Source of the DNA: Akkermansiaceae bacterium
GTDB lineage: Bacteria > Verrucomicrobiota > Verrucomicrobiia > Verrucomicrobiales > Akkermansiaceae
Length of the DNA: 64,000 bases
Direction: 5' to 3'
NCBI GenBank assembly: GCA_051251915.1
Contig: JBPOGF010000002.1
Coordinates: forward strand, 32,001-96,000
Below, piece by piece: positions 50,043-59,282 of this stretch; position 1 is the stretch's first letter; each line of letters starts with the position of its first letter. A model generated the notes under the pieces. The model saw only the letters and a list, made by a program, of their open reading frames with translations. It was not told the origin of the DNA and did no database searches. The translations under genes and the position numbers were made by a program.

Positions 50043-50255
50043 ACGCAACTCATTGTTACGATACTGGCTCGGCTTATATAGGTTGGGGTGTAGGTTTTAT
50101 AAATGAGGTGATGCGTATCTTATATTCACCTTCGATTGTGAGGGTGTATTATCTGCCATGTTTGGCAGAATATCGCCGTTTCTGCGGCATCCAATTTTAT
50201 AACAAACCAATTTTTTTGCGGTTGGAATACTATCCGCACAACACCATTTCATACA

Positions 50256-53177
50256 ATGATCACATCATTTCTTTCAAAAATATTTAGTAGTAAGAACGAA
50301 CGCGAACTGGCGAAAATTCAGCCTAGGGTTAAACTCATCAACGAGATTGAACATAAGCTACAGAGCCAACCAGCTGAAGCTCTCCTTGAGTTAACTAGCA
50401 AATGGCAGCAGCATCTGGCTCGTTATCATCCATTAGAGATTGCCTCAAAATCATCACTTCAGCGGATGTCTGAAGTTGATTTGGGCGAGGTGGCAGAAAC
50501 TTTAGACAGGAGGCTGGATGATCTGCGGAAGGAGTTTTCCTCACTGCCTTCGGAAGTGGAGGCTACTCTTGAATCCATCGAAAGAGCAAAGGCTGCTTTT
50601 TATCATGTTGAGAATCATTTTGCCTCAGCGCGGGCGAAGTATTTGCTTAAGATTTTACCAGAAGCTTATGCTGTGGTGAAGAATGCGGCGCGACGTCTCT
50701 GTGGAACTGAGGTGCTCATCAGTGGTCAGGCGATGACTTGGAATATGGTTCATTTCGACGTGCAGCTTATCGGTGGGATTGCGCTGCATCAGGGGTTGAT
50801 CTCAGAAATGCAGACTGGTGAAGGGAAGACGCTTGTGGCTACATTACCCGTATTTCTCAATGCCCTGACTGGTCTTGGAGTGCATGTTGTCACCGTGAAT
50901 GAATACCTAGCGAAACGCGATTCTGAATGGATGGGGACGCTGTATGAATCATTGGGACTTAGTGTTGGTTGTCTAGAGAATAATATGGATCCAGAGTTGC
51001 GTCAGAAGGCGTATGCTTGCGACATAACCTACGGCACGAATTCGGAGTTTGGCTTCGATTACCTCCGCGATAATGGGATGGCACAAGACCGAGGAGAGCA
51101 AGCTCAGCGTGGTCATTATTTTGCTATTCTCGATGAAGTTGATTCTATTTTGATAGACGATGCACGGACTCCGCTCATTATCAGTGGTCCGGTCGAACAA
51201 TCTGTTCAGCCTTTGTTAGAGCTGAAGCCACGGGTGCAGCAGCTTGTCAAGAAGCAGACTGCACTTTGCAATCAATTGGCAGCGGATGTGAAGCAACTGC
51301 TTGCATCCGGAGATGAGCAGGCGGCAGGTATCGTGCTATTTAAGCTTAAGTTGGGGCAGCCACGGAACCGTCAGTTTAAGCGTTTCATGGAGAATCCAGA
51401 TCTAAGGAAGCTCTTGTCAAAGACTGAGCTGCAATATCAAAAAGAGAGTAGAGGGAAGAATATCTATAAGCTTAAGGAAGAGCTCTACTTCTGGGTCGAT
51501 GATAAGAACCGGCAAGCTGATCTGATGGAAAAGGGGAGGTTATTTCTGTCGCCTAAAGATCCGGATAGTTTCACGCTTCCGGATCTAGCTTCTAAATTAG
51601 CGAGGATAGATGCTGATGGATCTCTTTCTCGAGAAGAGAAGACTCGGGTTGCTCAGAGTCTCAATGAAGAGCGAAACGTGCGAGCTGCATCGATTCACGG
51701 TATTTCTCAGCTTCTTGCAGCTTACTGCCTGCATGAGCGTGATGTAGATTACGTTGTGCGTGATGGGAAAGTGACGATTGTTGACGAAAGTACAGGTCGG
51801 GAAATGGAGGGGCGTCGGTGGTCCGATGGTCTGCACCAAGCTGTAGAGGCGAAGGAGGGCGTAGAGATGGAAGCGGAGACTAAAACTTACGCTACGATTA
51901 CTATCCAGAACTACTTTCGCCTTTACGAAAAGCTAGCTGGGATGACTGGTACGGGAGAAACTGCTGCGACAGAGTTTCATTCTATTTACCAGCTCGATGT
52001 GCTGCCTATTCCTACTCACTCTCCGAATTTGCGGATTGATCGTAATGATCAGTTATTCAAAACTCTGAGAGATAAATATCAGGCCGTGATTAGAACTGTT
52101 GCAGCGGCACACGAGACTGGTCAGCCAGTGCTTATTGGTACGGCTTCTGTTGAGGCCTCTGAGACGATGTCACGGATGCTTAAGATGGCAAAGATTCCCC
52201 ACTCGGTGCTCAATGCGAAATACCATGAACAGGAAGCGGTGATCGTTGCTAACGCTGGTCAGAAAGGAGCGGTGACCGTTTCTACGAATATGGCTGGACG
52301 AGGCACAGACATCAAACTGGGAGAAGGTGTTGCGGAGCTTGGCGGACTTTTTGTTATTGCTACGGAGAGGCATGCATCGCGTAGGGTTGATCGGCAGTTG
52401 AGAGGGCGTTGTTCTCGGCAAGGTGATCCTGGCTGTTCACAATTCTTTATTTCGCTCGAAGACGATCTGATGCGTAAACATGGAAATGCGTATCAGATGG
52501 CAGCACTTATTGGACGTTCCCAACAAGGTGGCCCACCACCTATCGGGAAACTCGTAGAAACTGCACAAAACTTGGTGGAGCAAAGGGAGATGATGGGGCG
52601 TAAGCAGGTGTTAGATTACGATGATGTGATGAATCTTCAGCGAGACATCGTTTATGATTTTCGGAACAATGTGCTGGGTTCTGAGGATATTCGAGATTTG
52701 GCGCAGCAGACTATCGAGGATGTGGTGGTGCCGCGCGTGCAAGAACAACTCATGAGCTTAGATAGGAACGACCCGGATCTGGCGCAGGTTTATCATTGGG
52801 CGGGTGAGGTATTTCACATTGATACTAGCGATATTGTAAATGTCACGCCTAGCAACCTAGCAAACGATATTGCTCGACGAGTTTATGTGAGTTATCAGAA
52901 TCAGTTAGATGGGGGTACTGCGACATTACTCGAAAAGGAAGAGAAGAGAGCTCTGCTTTTCGCCATTGATGATGGGTGGCAGGAGCATTTGGCAGAAATG
53001 GATGAGCTGCGTGATGCTGTCTTTCTGCGGAGCCAAAGCCAGAAGGATCCGCTTGTGGAATATAAGGTCGAAGCCTATCGGCTTTTTGGTGATCTTATGG
53101 ATAGGATCAAACAAAATGCTGTTGCTAATCTCTTTCACATAGCAACAAGTATCAGTGCTATGAAAGGGAAAGGATAG
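50256..53177 (+). CDS. secA: Preprotein translocase ATPase SecA (probable accessory paralog; no C-terminal SEC-C zinc finger)
   Basis: EMQTGEGKT, VTVNEYLAKRD, DEVDSILIDDARTPLIISG, TNMAGRGTDI, QLRGR..RQGDPG, QKDPLVEYK. Confidence 0.95.
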   Translation: MITSFLSKIFSSKNERELAKIQPRVKLINEIEHKLQSQPAEALLELTSKWQQHLARYHPLEIASKSSLQRMSEVDLGEVAETLDRRLDDLRKEFSSLPSEVEATLESIERAKAAFYHVENHFASARAKYLLKILPEAYAVVKNAARRLCGTEVLISGQAMTWNMVHFDVQLIGGIALHQGLISEMQTGEGKTLVATLPVFLNALTGLGVHVVTVNEYLAKRDSEWMGTLYESLGLSVGCLENNMDPELRQKAYACDITYGTNSEFGFDYLRDNGMAQDRGEQAQRGHYFAILDEVDSILIDDARTPLIISGPVEQSVQPLLELKPRVQQLVKKQTALCNQLAADVKQLLASGDEQAAGIVLFKLKLGQPRNRQFKRFMENPDLRKLLSKTELQYQKESRGKNIYKLKEELYFWVDDKNRQADLMEKGRLFLSPKDPDSFTLPDLASKLARIDADGSLSREEKTRVAQSLNEERNVRAASIHGISQLLAAYCLHERDVDYVVRDGKVTIVDESTGREMEGRRWSDGLHQAVEAKEGVEMEAETKTYATITIQNYFRLYEKLAGMTGTGETAATEFHSIYQLDVLPIPTHSPNLRIDRNDQLFKTLRDKYQAVIRTVAAAHETGQPVLIGTASVEASETMSRMLKMAKIPHSVLNAKYHEQEAVIVANAGQKGAVTVSTNMAGRGTDIKLGEGVAELGGLFVIATERHASRRVDRQLRGRCSRQGDPGCSQFFISLEDDLMRKHGNAYQMAALIGRSQQGGPPPIGKLVETAQNLVEQREMMGRKQVLDYDDVMNLQRDIVYDFRNNVLGSEDIRDLAQQTIEDVVVPRVQEQLMSLDRNDPDLAQVYHWAGEVFHIDTSDIVNVTPSNLANDIARRVYVSYQNQLDGGTATLLEKEEKRALLFAIDDGWQEHLAEMDELRDAVFLRSQSQKDPLVEYKVEAYRLFGDLMDRIKQNAVANLFHIATSISAMKGKG

Positions 53178-53242
53178 AGGTTGAGGATCAAGGGGGAGTC
53201 AGAGCAATCTGCTCCCTTGCGATTTCCGATCTAGGGCATCGA

Positions 53243-54352
53243 TCACTTGGTTTCATTCAAGAAGACTCTTTTAGGTGCTGGACCTAGTGTCTGGCCTGCT
53301 ATTAGCTCTGCCCCCAAAAACTTGTGTGAACCCTCTGGAAATCCATTACTCATCCATTCGCGGAAGTGTCTAAAGGCTTCATTCTTTGGGGTTCTGTATC
53401 TGGTAGGAATGGGGTTCAGCCATTCTAGAAATTCAGCATCCTCCATCACAACCATCGAGATGTCGGTTGGTATCTGGACTCCCGCAGAGAGGCAGATATT
53501 GTGTAGACAAATCGCCTGAAAGACACTGTCTGTCAGCACTAGAGTCGGGCGCTCAATACGGAGCATCGTTTCCCACCAGTTGTACCAATCGGATGGGTTG
53601 CATAGATCGGGAATCTTGATGGAAAAATCAATTTCCTCTCCTCCCCAGTCCTTGCTTAATGTGGGTTCAGTGACTCGTTGGATAGATTTCCTCATATCCT
53701 GCTCTCTAGTGGCTCGAGCGAGTACTAGCTGAATCCGCCGATGACCTAGTTTGAGAGCTTCATTTAATAAATTGTCGATACAACGGACAATGGCAAAACC
53801 AGTACCAGAGAGGATACCGTTATTCTGCCTCACGCTTCCTCCCGTAGCGTAGCAAGGCAGTCCCATGTTCTCAGTTGGTTTAATCCATTGCTTTGGGATG
53901 GTTTCAAATAATAGGCAATTGGGGTTGAATTTGTTGACCCAATTTTTTAGTTGATAACTTGGCTTCTGGGCTCGGCTCAGATCACTTTCTACGTAGCTCA
54001 CCGTGCCACCTTCTTCTTTCCAGTGGTCTTCTATCTGTAATAGCATCTCCTTATCCAATGGCGTTGGTGGGTGCCGGCTGTCTATGATGATGAGTAAATT
54101 CTGTTTTGCCCAATGTTGCTTTTTAGCCACACCTCTAAGTATGGCCCTCATCTTCCCCGGCTCAGCTTGGCTTATCAATTTATTTGCTACAAGACTTCTT
54201 AACGCTTTCTCACAGGTGGTGCGACTGACATTGTAGCGTTGTGCCAGCACGCGGTAGCCAGGCAATTGCTTGGTCCAGACTCCAGCCGCAATATCTCTGG
54301 AGATAGCCTGCACTAGTTGCTCTGTAAGGGATTTTCGCTTTAGTTCTGACAT
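53243..54352 (-). CDS. Transcriptional regulator: GntR-type wHTH plus LacI-like effector domain
   Basis: LPGYRVLAQRYNVSRTTCEKAL; LGHRRI, GVQIPTDISMV. Confidence 0.8.
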   Translation of the reverse strand: MSELKRKSLTEQLVQAISRDIAAGVWTKQLPGYRVLAQRYNVSRTTCEKALRSLVANKLISQAEPGKMRAILRGVAKKQHWAKQNLLIIIDSRHPPTPLDKEMLLQIEDHWKEEGGTVSYVESDLSRAQKPSYQLKNWVNKFNPNCLLFETIPKQWIKPTENMGLPCYATGGSVRQNNGILSGTGFAIVRCIDNLLNEALKLGHRRIQLVLARATREQDMRKSIQRVTEPTLSKDWGGEEIDFSIKIPDLCNPSDWYNWWETMLRIERPTLVLTDSVFQAICLHNICLSAGVQIPTDISMVVMEDAEFLEWLNPIPTRYRTPKNEAFRHFREWMSNGFPEGSHKFLGAELIAGQTLGPAPKRVFLNETK

Positions 54353-54505
54353 ATGGAAATTTTAAGAGTTTAGTCGCCAGAGTCAAGCTGTACTGAGTCT
54401 GTCTAGGTCTCAGTGAAAGGTGATTACTAAATGTCGACAGCTTAATGAGAAGTTTTAGCCTGTAACTAGTTCCTAAAATGAACTTTAAAAAAATAAAACT
54501 ATACT

Positions 54506-55411
54506 ATGAAAAATAATACTATGAAAAATAATACGATGAAAACTCTAGTAGGCATGAGTCTACTAATGGGTGGCTTAGGCATGCATGCAAATGCAGCGAT
54601 AGTCTATGAGGGATTTGATTTCACCGGCGATATCGTTGGTGGTGGATCTGGCAATGGTTGGGATGGAGACTGGTTAGGAGACGATGACAATGCAGCTGGA
54701 ACCCCAGCAGTAGGAGCTGGTCTCACATACACAGGACTTACTACTACAGGAGGCTCATACTCCCGTCCTGCTAGAAATGGTGTGGCTCAGTCTAGCCGAG
54801 TTCTTAGTACCACTTCACAAACTGCGCTAACTATGAATGGCACAACCGTTTACTTTAGCGTTCTGATGGATTCTAATAATGGAGGAAATGGCTTTGCTAC
54901 TAACTCCAACGGGGCACTCGTATTTGGCGATACAGCTTTTACTTTAGATAACCCAGGGACAACTCCTCCTACTATAGGGACTGGGGGTAATGCTTTGGGA
55001 GTAACCTTTGAGGGGCCTGATGGTATTTATGATAATGTCAATGCGCATGCAATAACTTATGTAAATGGTACTCGAACCTTAAGTGGGACAAACGACAATA
55101 TTGGAGACGATACGGTAATGATTGTGGGTAGAATTGATTGGGCTGCAAACGGATCAGATGATACGCTAAGTCTTTACAATGTCACCGATACTACTGCTGC
55201 ATTAGGAACGGCTTTCGCGACGATGACTGCTGATTTGGATCAGTCTACTTTCAACATGATCGCTATTGGTCAGGGACAAACAGAAGTATTCGATGAAATT
55301 CGTTTTGATACTACACTTGCAGGAGTAGGGATATCCCCAATTCCAGAGCCTTCCAGCACAGCTTTGCTCGGCCTAGGTGGTATTGCACTTCTCTTACGTC
55401 GCCGTAAGTAA
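54506..55411 (+). CDS. PEP-CTERM surface protein
   Basis: Signal peptide, IVYEGFD, FDEIRF, IPEPSSTALLGLGGIALLLRRRK; alternative in-frame ATGs at 54521 and 54536. Confidence 0.92.
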   Translation: MKNNTMKNNTMKTLVGMSLLMGGLGMHANAAIVYEGFDFTGDIVGGGSGNGWDGDWLGDDDNAAGTPAVGAGLTYTGLTTTGGSYSRPARNGVAQSSRVLSTTSQTALTMNGTTVYFSVLMDSNNGGNGFATNSNGALVFGDTAFTLDNPGTTPPTIGTGGNALGVTFEGPDGIYDNVNAHAITYVNGTRTLSGTNDNIGDDTVMIVGRIDWAANGSDDTLSLYNVTDTTAALGTAFATMTADLDQSTFNMIAIGQGQTEVFDEIRFDTTLAGVGISPIPEPSSTALLGLGGIALLLRRRK

Positions 55412-55420
55412 ATCTTAAGC

Positions 55421-55470
55421 TATACTGTGAGGTTTGTTCTTTGCTGACGAATCTCACGGTATATTTTTTT
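55421..55470 (+). terminator. Intrinsic terminator
   Basis: TATACTGTGAGGTTTGT...ACGAATCTCACGGTATA plus T7. Confidence 0.8.
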
Positions 55471-55757
55471 GATTTTCAGAAATCAAAAATAGTTCCTTTT
55501 AGTGGAGTGAATCAGAGTAATTTCCTATAGTCTGTATCCTTTTGGTCTCATCGCTACTTGTTCGTTAACTACCAGCTTGACCTAAGCTGCCCGAATAAAA
55601 AATTGCCACTTGTGCCTAACTTTTGCCCAAGGAGGTAAAATAGGTGAGCGACATGACTTTAATCTGGGACGAGTTGGCGCCCGTGGAAGGATGTGATGAG
55701 GAGGTATTGGGTTGTGCTGGCTGTGGATGGAGTGGTGTTGGGGAGGTGGGGGATGGG

Positions 55758-57263
55758 TTAGTTAGTGGGTTTCCAGAGGGGAATGTTGTTTTCTTTTTGG
55801 GCTTTTTTGTAGCGTTCGATGAGTGGGTAGGTGTCTTGTCTGCGCTTGGTGGTTAGGCCTTCGTTGGTCATTAGGGGTAAGGTTTTGTTCCACCAGGTGT
55901 CGTAAGATTTGCGGAGTTCTGCGATGACTTCTGGGTGCTGGGCTGAGACGTCTGTGGTTTCGCTGGGATCGGTGGTGATGTCGTAGAGTTCGGAGTTGTT
56001 GACGAAGCGCCAGCGGTTGGTGCGGACGGCGCAGTTGGTGAATTTGGCGCTGGCTGCGGCATTGGCTTCCCAGCGGCCTACGTGGACGAAGATGTGGCGG
56101 TCAGGCCATTCTGATTTGGGTTCTGTTAGGAGTGGGATGAGGGAGCGGCCGTCGAGTTCTTGCATTTTTTCGGGGAGTTTGGCTCCGGCTAGTTGGCAGA
56201 AGGTTTGGTAGACGTCGATATGGGCGGTGAGGGCATTTATGTCTTTGCCTTGTGGGAGGATGCCTTTCCAATACCAGAATGAGGGGACGCGGGTGCCGCC
56301 TTCGTAGGGGGTGCATTTTTTGCCACGGAGGCCTGCGGTGTAGAAGGGTTCTACTATGCCGTTTTTCTTGCCTTCTATGTGGCTCATTCCGTTATCGGTC
56401 ATGAAGATGACTAGGGTGTTATCTAGTGCTCCCCAGGCTTCTAGTTTTTCCATCATGCGACCGAAGTTTTCGTCGATGTTTTCGATCATTCCGAAGCGTC
56501 CTGCGGGTCCTTTGTATCTGTCTTCTGACCAACCCATGTCGGTGAAGCGTTTGGTGTATTTTTGTGGTGCGATGTTTGGGCTGTGTGGTGCGTTGGTGGA
56601 GATGTAGGCGAAGTAGGGTTGCTTGGCGTCGTGTTGTTTCTTGATCCAGCTTAGTCCGGCGTCGAAGAAGAGGTCAGTGCAGTAGCCTTCAGTTTTGACG
56701 ATGCGGTTGTTGTGTAGGAGGGTGGAGTTGTAGTAGGTGTTTTTGCCATTTGAGGGGAAGTCACCCCAGACGGTTTGTCCTACTCCTCCGGCTCCGTGGA
56801 TGAGTGACTCGGTGAATCCTCGGTTGTGGGGGAGGTATGGTTCATCGTCACCGAGGTGCCATTTGCCGAAGATTCCTGTGGCGTATCCTGCTGACTGGAG
56901 GGCTTGTGGGAGGGTGTAGGTGCTGAGGTCCATGCGCTCACGCAACATGATGGTGTGGGTGATGCCGACGCGGAACTCGTGGCGGCCGCTCATGAGGGCC
57001 GCGCGGGTGGGTGTGCATGCGGGGCTGACTTGGAAGTCTGTGAAGCGGGTGGATTGTTGGTAAAACTTGTCGATGTTTGGGGTTTTGAGGATGGGGTTTC
57101 CTAGGCATGATAGGTCGCCCATGCCTTGGTCATCGGTGAGGACGAAGATGATGTTGGGGCGGGTGCCTTCTAGAGGTTTTGGGGCTGCTGGAGCGGTGGT
57201 GGATGCTAGGAAACAGAGGGTGATGGCACGGATGGTGGATTTTAATGTAACTGGAGATTTCAT
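55758..57263 (-). CDS. Arylsulfatase-like sulfatase (S1), paralog of 48064-49533
   Basis: PNIIFVLTDDQGMGD, CTPTR, GKWHLG; ATG at 57263 (MKSPV). Confidence 0.95.
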   Translation of the reverse strand: MKSPVTLKSTIRAITLCFLASTTAPAAPKPLEGTRPNIIFVLTDDQGMGDLSCLGNPILKTPNIDKFYQQSTRFTDFQVSPACTPTRAALMSGRHEFRVGITHTIMLRERMDLSTYTLPQALQSAGYATGIFGKWHLGDDEPYLPHNRGFTESLIHGAGGVGQTVWGDFPSNGKNTYYNSTLLHNNRIVKTEGYCTDLFFDAGLSWIKKQHDAKQPYFAYISTNAPHSPNIAPQKYTKRFTDMGWSEDRYKGPAGRFGMIENIDENFGRMMEKLEAWGALDNTLVIFMTDNGMSHIEGKKNGIVEPFYTAGLRGKKCTPYEGGTRVPSFWYWKGILPQGKDINALTAHIDVYQTFCQLAGAKLPEKMQELDGRSLIPLLTEPKSEWPDRHIFVHVGRWEANAAASAKFTNCAVRTNRWRFVNNSELYDITTDPSETTDVSAQHPEVIAELRKSYDTWWNKTLPLMTNEGLTTKRRQDTYPLIERYKKAQKENNIPLWKPTN

Positions 57264-57350
57264 GTTGGTGCTTTTTGTTTTGGAAAGTATTGATGTTGGT
57301 TCGTTGAGAATCGGGCATTGTTGAAACGAATCAAGGCAATAATTTATGAC

Positions 57351-57366
57351 ACCCCTAAACCGGGTA
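57351..57366 (-). promoter_or_regulatory. Copy of the 16-bp palindromic motif
   Basis: ACCCCTAAACCGGGTA, 10 nt from GCAAT, as in the PEP-CTERM promoters. Confidence 0.5.
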
Positions 57367-57618
57367 GGTGGTCTGAGTGGCTCTGGTGAAAGGGAGAAAA
57401 AAGAGGTAAGTTTTCGCAAGAAAAGTCCGTGGGTATCGTATTTAGTAAGAATAACTGGAGTGATCGCTAGAATGATGATGAAATTTTCTCGCCCTCGAAG
57501 GCCAGTTTCTTTAGTGTAGAACACCTCATCACGGATGAAAGTAACGATCAGTAATTTACCTAAATAGAGATGGCGCCGAATGCGTCTAAGTAACTATCAA
57601 CACCGACAATTTAAAATA

Positions 57619-59145
57619 ATGAAAAACCTTATCACTTTATGCTTAACTATGGTCACGACAGTGGCATGGGCTGCCGACAAACCTAATGTTGTTATTATCT
57701 ATGGGGATGATGTGGGGCAGGGTGATGTGGGTGTTTATGGGTCTAAGATGATCCCGACGCCGAATATTGATCGGTTGGCGAGTGGGGGATTGGTTTTTAC
57801 TGATGGGCATTGTACGGCGGCTACTTGTACTCCTTCGCGGTATTCGATGCTGACTGGGGTTCATGGGTTCCGTAATAAGGTGGGGATATTACCTCCGAAT
57901 GCTCCGTTGAGTATAGCGACCGATATTTTGACATTGCCGAAGCTTTTTCAGAAGGCTGGGTATAAGACTGGGGTTGTTGGGAAATGGCATCTTGGGATAG
58001 GGAAGAAGGGTGTGGATACTGATTGGAATGGGAAGGTGTTTCCTGGGCCGTTGGAGATAGGATTTGATAGTTCATTTTTGTTGCCATCGACGAATGATCG
58101 GGTGCCTTGTGTTTATCTGGACGGGCATTATGTGTTGAATTTGGATCCTAAGGATCCTTTGTTTGTGGGGAATTCGCCTAAGGCGGTGAACCGACCTGGG
58201 AGTACGGAGTATCCGGATGCGAAGAAGGATAAGGCGTCGATGACTTATTATCAGAGCACGCATGGGCATAATAATAGTGTGATCAATGGTATTGGTCGGA
58301 TAGGTTATATGGCTGGCGGGAAGGCTGCGTTGTGGGATGATGAGACGATGGCTGATGTGTTTGTGGAGCAGGCTAGGGAGTTTATTACTGAGAATAAGGC
58401 TGCGCCATTTTTCTTGTATTTTGCTTCACAGGATATCCATGTGCCGCGTGCGCCGCATGAGCGATTTAAGGGGAAGACGGAGCTTGGTTTTAGGGGGGAT
58501 GCGATGGTGCAGTTTGACTGGGTGACTGGTGAGATTATGAAGTCGTTGGATGAGAATGGGCTTACTGAGAATACGATTGTGATTTTTTCTAGTGATAATG
58601 GGCCGGTTTATGATGATGGGTATGATGATGGGACGAAGGTGAAGAAATCTCTGAAGGAAGTGGACCGTGGTCATGATGGATCAGGGATTTATCGTGGTGG
58701 GAAGTATCAGATTTATGAGGGAGGGACTAGGGTTCCGTTTATTGTGAGGTGGCCGGCTAAGATTAAGCCTGGGACGTCTGCGGCGGTGGTGAGTCATATT
58801 GATTTTATTGCTTCGTTTGCAGAGATGCTGGGTCTGGAGCTTCCGGAGGGTGAGGCACGTGATAGCCGTAATAATTTGGATGCGCTGTTGGGTAATGATG
58901 CTAAGGGACAGGAGTATATGATAGAGGAGTCTTTTGGGTTGGCGTTGCGCAATGGTGACTGGAAATTTATTGAGCTGACGAAGCCGAACTGGGGGAATAA
59001 GAAGGGGATTCCTAAGTCGTTGTATAATTTGAAAGATGATCCTGGTGAGACTAAGAATGTGATTGCTGAGCATCCGGAGCGTGCAGCTGCGATGGAGGCG
59101 AAGTTGAAGGCGATGCGGAAGGCTGATGGGATTCGTGGTGAGTAG
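57619..59145 (+). CDS. Sulfatase (S1, Cys-type)
   Basis: PNVVIIYGDDVG, CTPSR, GKWHLG, SDNG. Confidence 0.95.
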   Translation: MKNLITLCLTMVTTVAWAADKPNVVIIYGDDVGQGDVGVYGSKMIPTPNIDRLASGGLVFTDGHCTAATCTPSRYSMLTGVHGFRNKVGILPPNAPLSIATDILTLPKLFQKAGYKTGVVGKWHLGIGKKGVDTDWNGKVFPGPLEIGFDSSFLLPSTNDRVPCVYLDGHYVLNLDPKDPLFVGNSPKAVNRPGSTEYPDAKKDKASMTYYQSTHGHNNSVINGIGRIGYMAGGKAALWDDETMADVFVEQAREFITENKAAPFFLYFASQDIHVPRAPHERFKGKTELGFRGDAMVQFDWVTGEIMKSLDENGLTENTIVIFSSDNGPVYDDGYDDGTKVKKSLKEVDRGHDGSGIYRGGKYQIYEGGTRVPFIVRWPAKIKPGTSAAVVSHIDFIASFAEMLGLELPEGEARDSRNNLDALLGNDAKGQEYMIEESFGLALRNGDWKFIELTKPNWGNKKGIPKSLYNLKDDPGETKNVIAEHPERAAAMEAKLKAMRKADGIRGE

Positions 59146-59282
59146 TGGAGATTTGCAGCAAGCGTGCAGGAGCAGGAAGCGAGAAGCGGGGAGCCGCAGG
59201 CGGATTTCTGGACTGTTGGGTGAGAAGGGGTTGTTAGGGAATTTATAAGGTTAGGGTTATTTAAATAAACGAATTAAGAGAT

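Noticed and set aside
55471..55757. Intergenic region between convergent genes as an ncRNA, or the 70-aa ORF at 55644
   Set aside because: Only short hairpins are present, with no recognisable RNA family; the ORF overlaps the sulfatase 3' end antisense and has no motif
57264..57524. 87-aa N-terminal extension of the 55758 sulfatase in the ORF track (similar extensions on ilvE, menB, 25702, 29889, 30948)
   Set aside because: Downstream ATGs give proper signal peptides or family-typical N-termini, and several extensions run through promoter-like DNA
59146..59282. Purine-rich GCAG/GAAGCG-like runs between sulfatases as a REP element
   Set aside because: No clear palindrome and no second copy in the window
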